Source: Macrostomum lignano (lineage: Eukaryota). Taken from it: a stretch of DNA of 64,000 nt. How positions within the stretch are numbered: the first letter of the stretch is position 1; each line of letters starts with the position of its first letter. Made by a program: the position numbers and the translations under genes. Positions 63,788 to 64,000 of the stretch are shown one piece after another. The notes under the pieces are model-generated. The model did no database searches. It had not been told where the DNA came from and worked only from the letters and a program-made list of their open reading frames with translations. Where the stretch lies: positions 62,001 to 126,000 of the forward strand of contig NIVC01002802.1 in assembly GCA_002269645.1 (NCBI GenBank), given 5' to 3'.

Positions 63788-64000
63788 ATGGCCACTAACG
63801 CCACCATCCCTAAAGAAACTGACCCGGTCGCCTCTGGCTCACCGGGATCAGCCGCTCCGGTAGCTACCACTGGTAGCACCAACGCCCAACCTGGTCCAAC
63901 CGGGCCAGCTGACGCTGCCGCCGATCACCCTGGCCGCCAGTCTAGCCGACCGCGCACGGCCGAGTCTCGACGACAGCGGAACATCCGCCGCAACCGTAAG
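63788..64000 (+). CDS. Start of an ORF running off the window (possibly LINE ORF1)
   Basis: ATG 63788, open to window end: MATNATIPKETDPVASGSPG...RRQRNIRRNRK; preceded by about 450 bp of GC-rich structured leader. Could instead be a host exon (cttttcag acceptor just upstream). Confidence 0.45.
   Translation, partial: MATNATIPKETDPVASGSPGSAAPVATTGSTNAQPGPTGPADAAADHPGRQSSRPRTAESRRQRNIRRNRK

Overview
Eukaryotic (metazoan) genomic DNA with no prokaryotic operons or CRISPR. The intron style, with short GC-rich exons separated by satellite-filled introns, resembles a free-living flatworm such as Macrostomum; that assignment is inference only. Two intron-rich adhesion genes lie on the minus strand. 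(1) Talin: 17 exons reconstructed by hand, 27579 down to 1607, about 1603 codons covering FERM F0-F3 and the rod to about R7/R8, continuing beyond the left edge. (2) A Cad87A/CDH23-type cadherin, 50812 down to 37379, about 1920 aa, with signal peptide, cadherin repeats, membrane-adjacent domain, TM segment and apparently two alternative PDZ-ending last exons. A 5'-truncated RNase H-bearing non-LTR retrotransposon (53474-57808, minus) has a near-intact ORF2, a TAATG stop/start overlap, a (TAAG)n tail and an 8-bp TSD. Other mobile DNA: two tRNA-derived CORE-like SINEs, four copies of a hAT/Charlie-like MITE, a second hAT element with TSD, a Helitron-like fragment, a decayed RTE RT and a Penelope-type minimal hammerhead motif. 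The most striking feature is that every talin intron holds its own distinct tandem array (4-50 bp units, up to 3 kb), and several arrays elsewhere sit inside MITEs. Most long ORFs in the supplied track are artefacts of these arrays.
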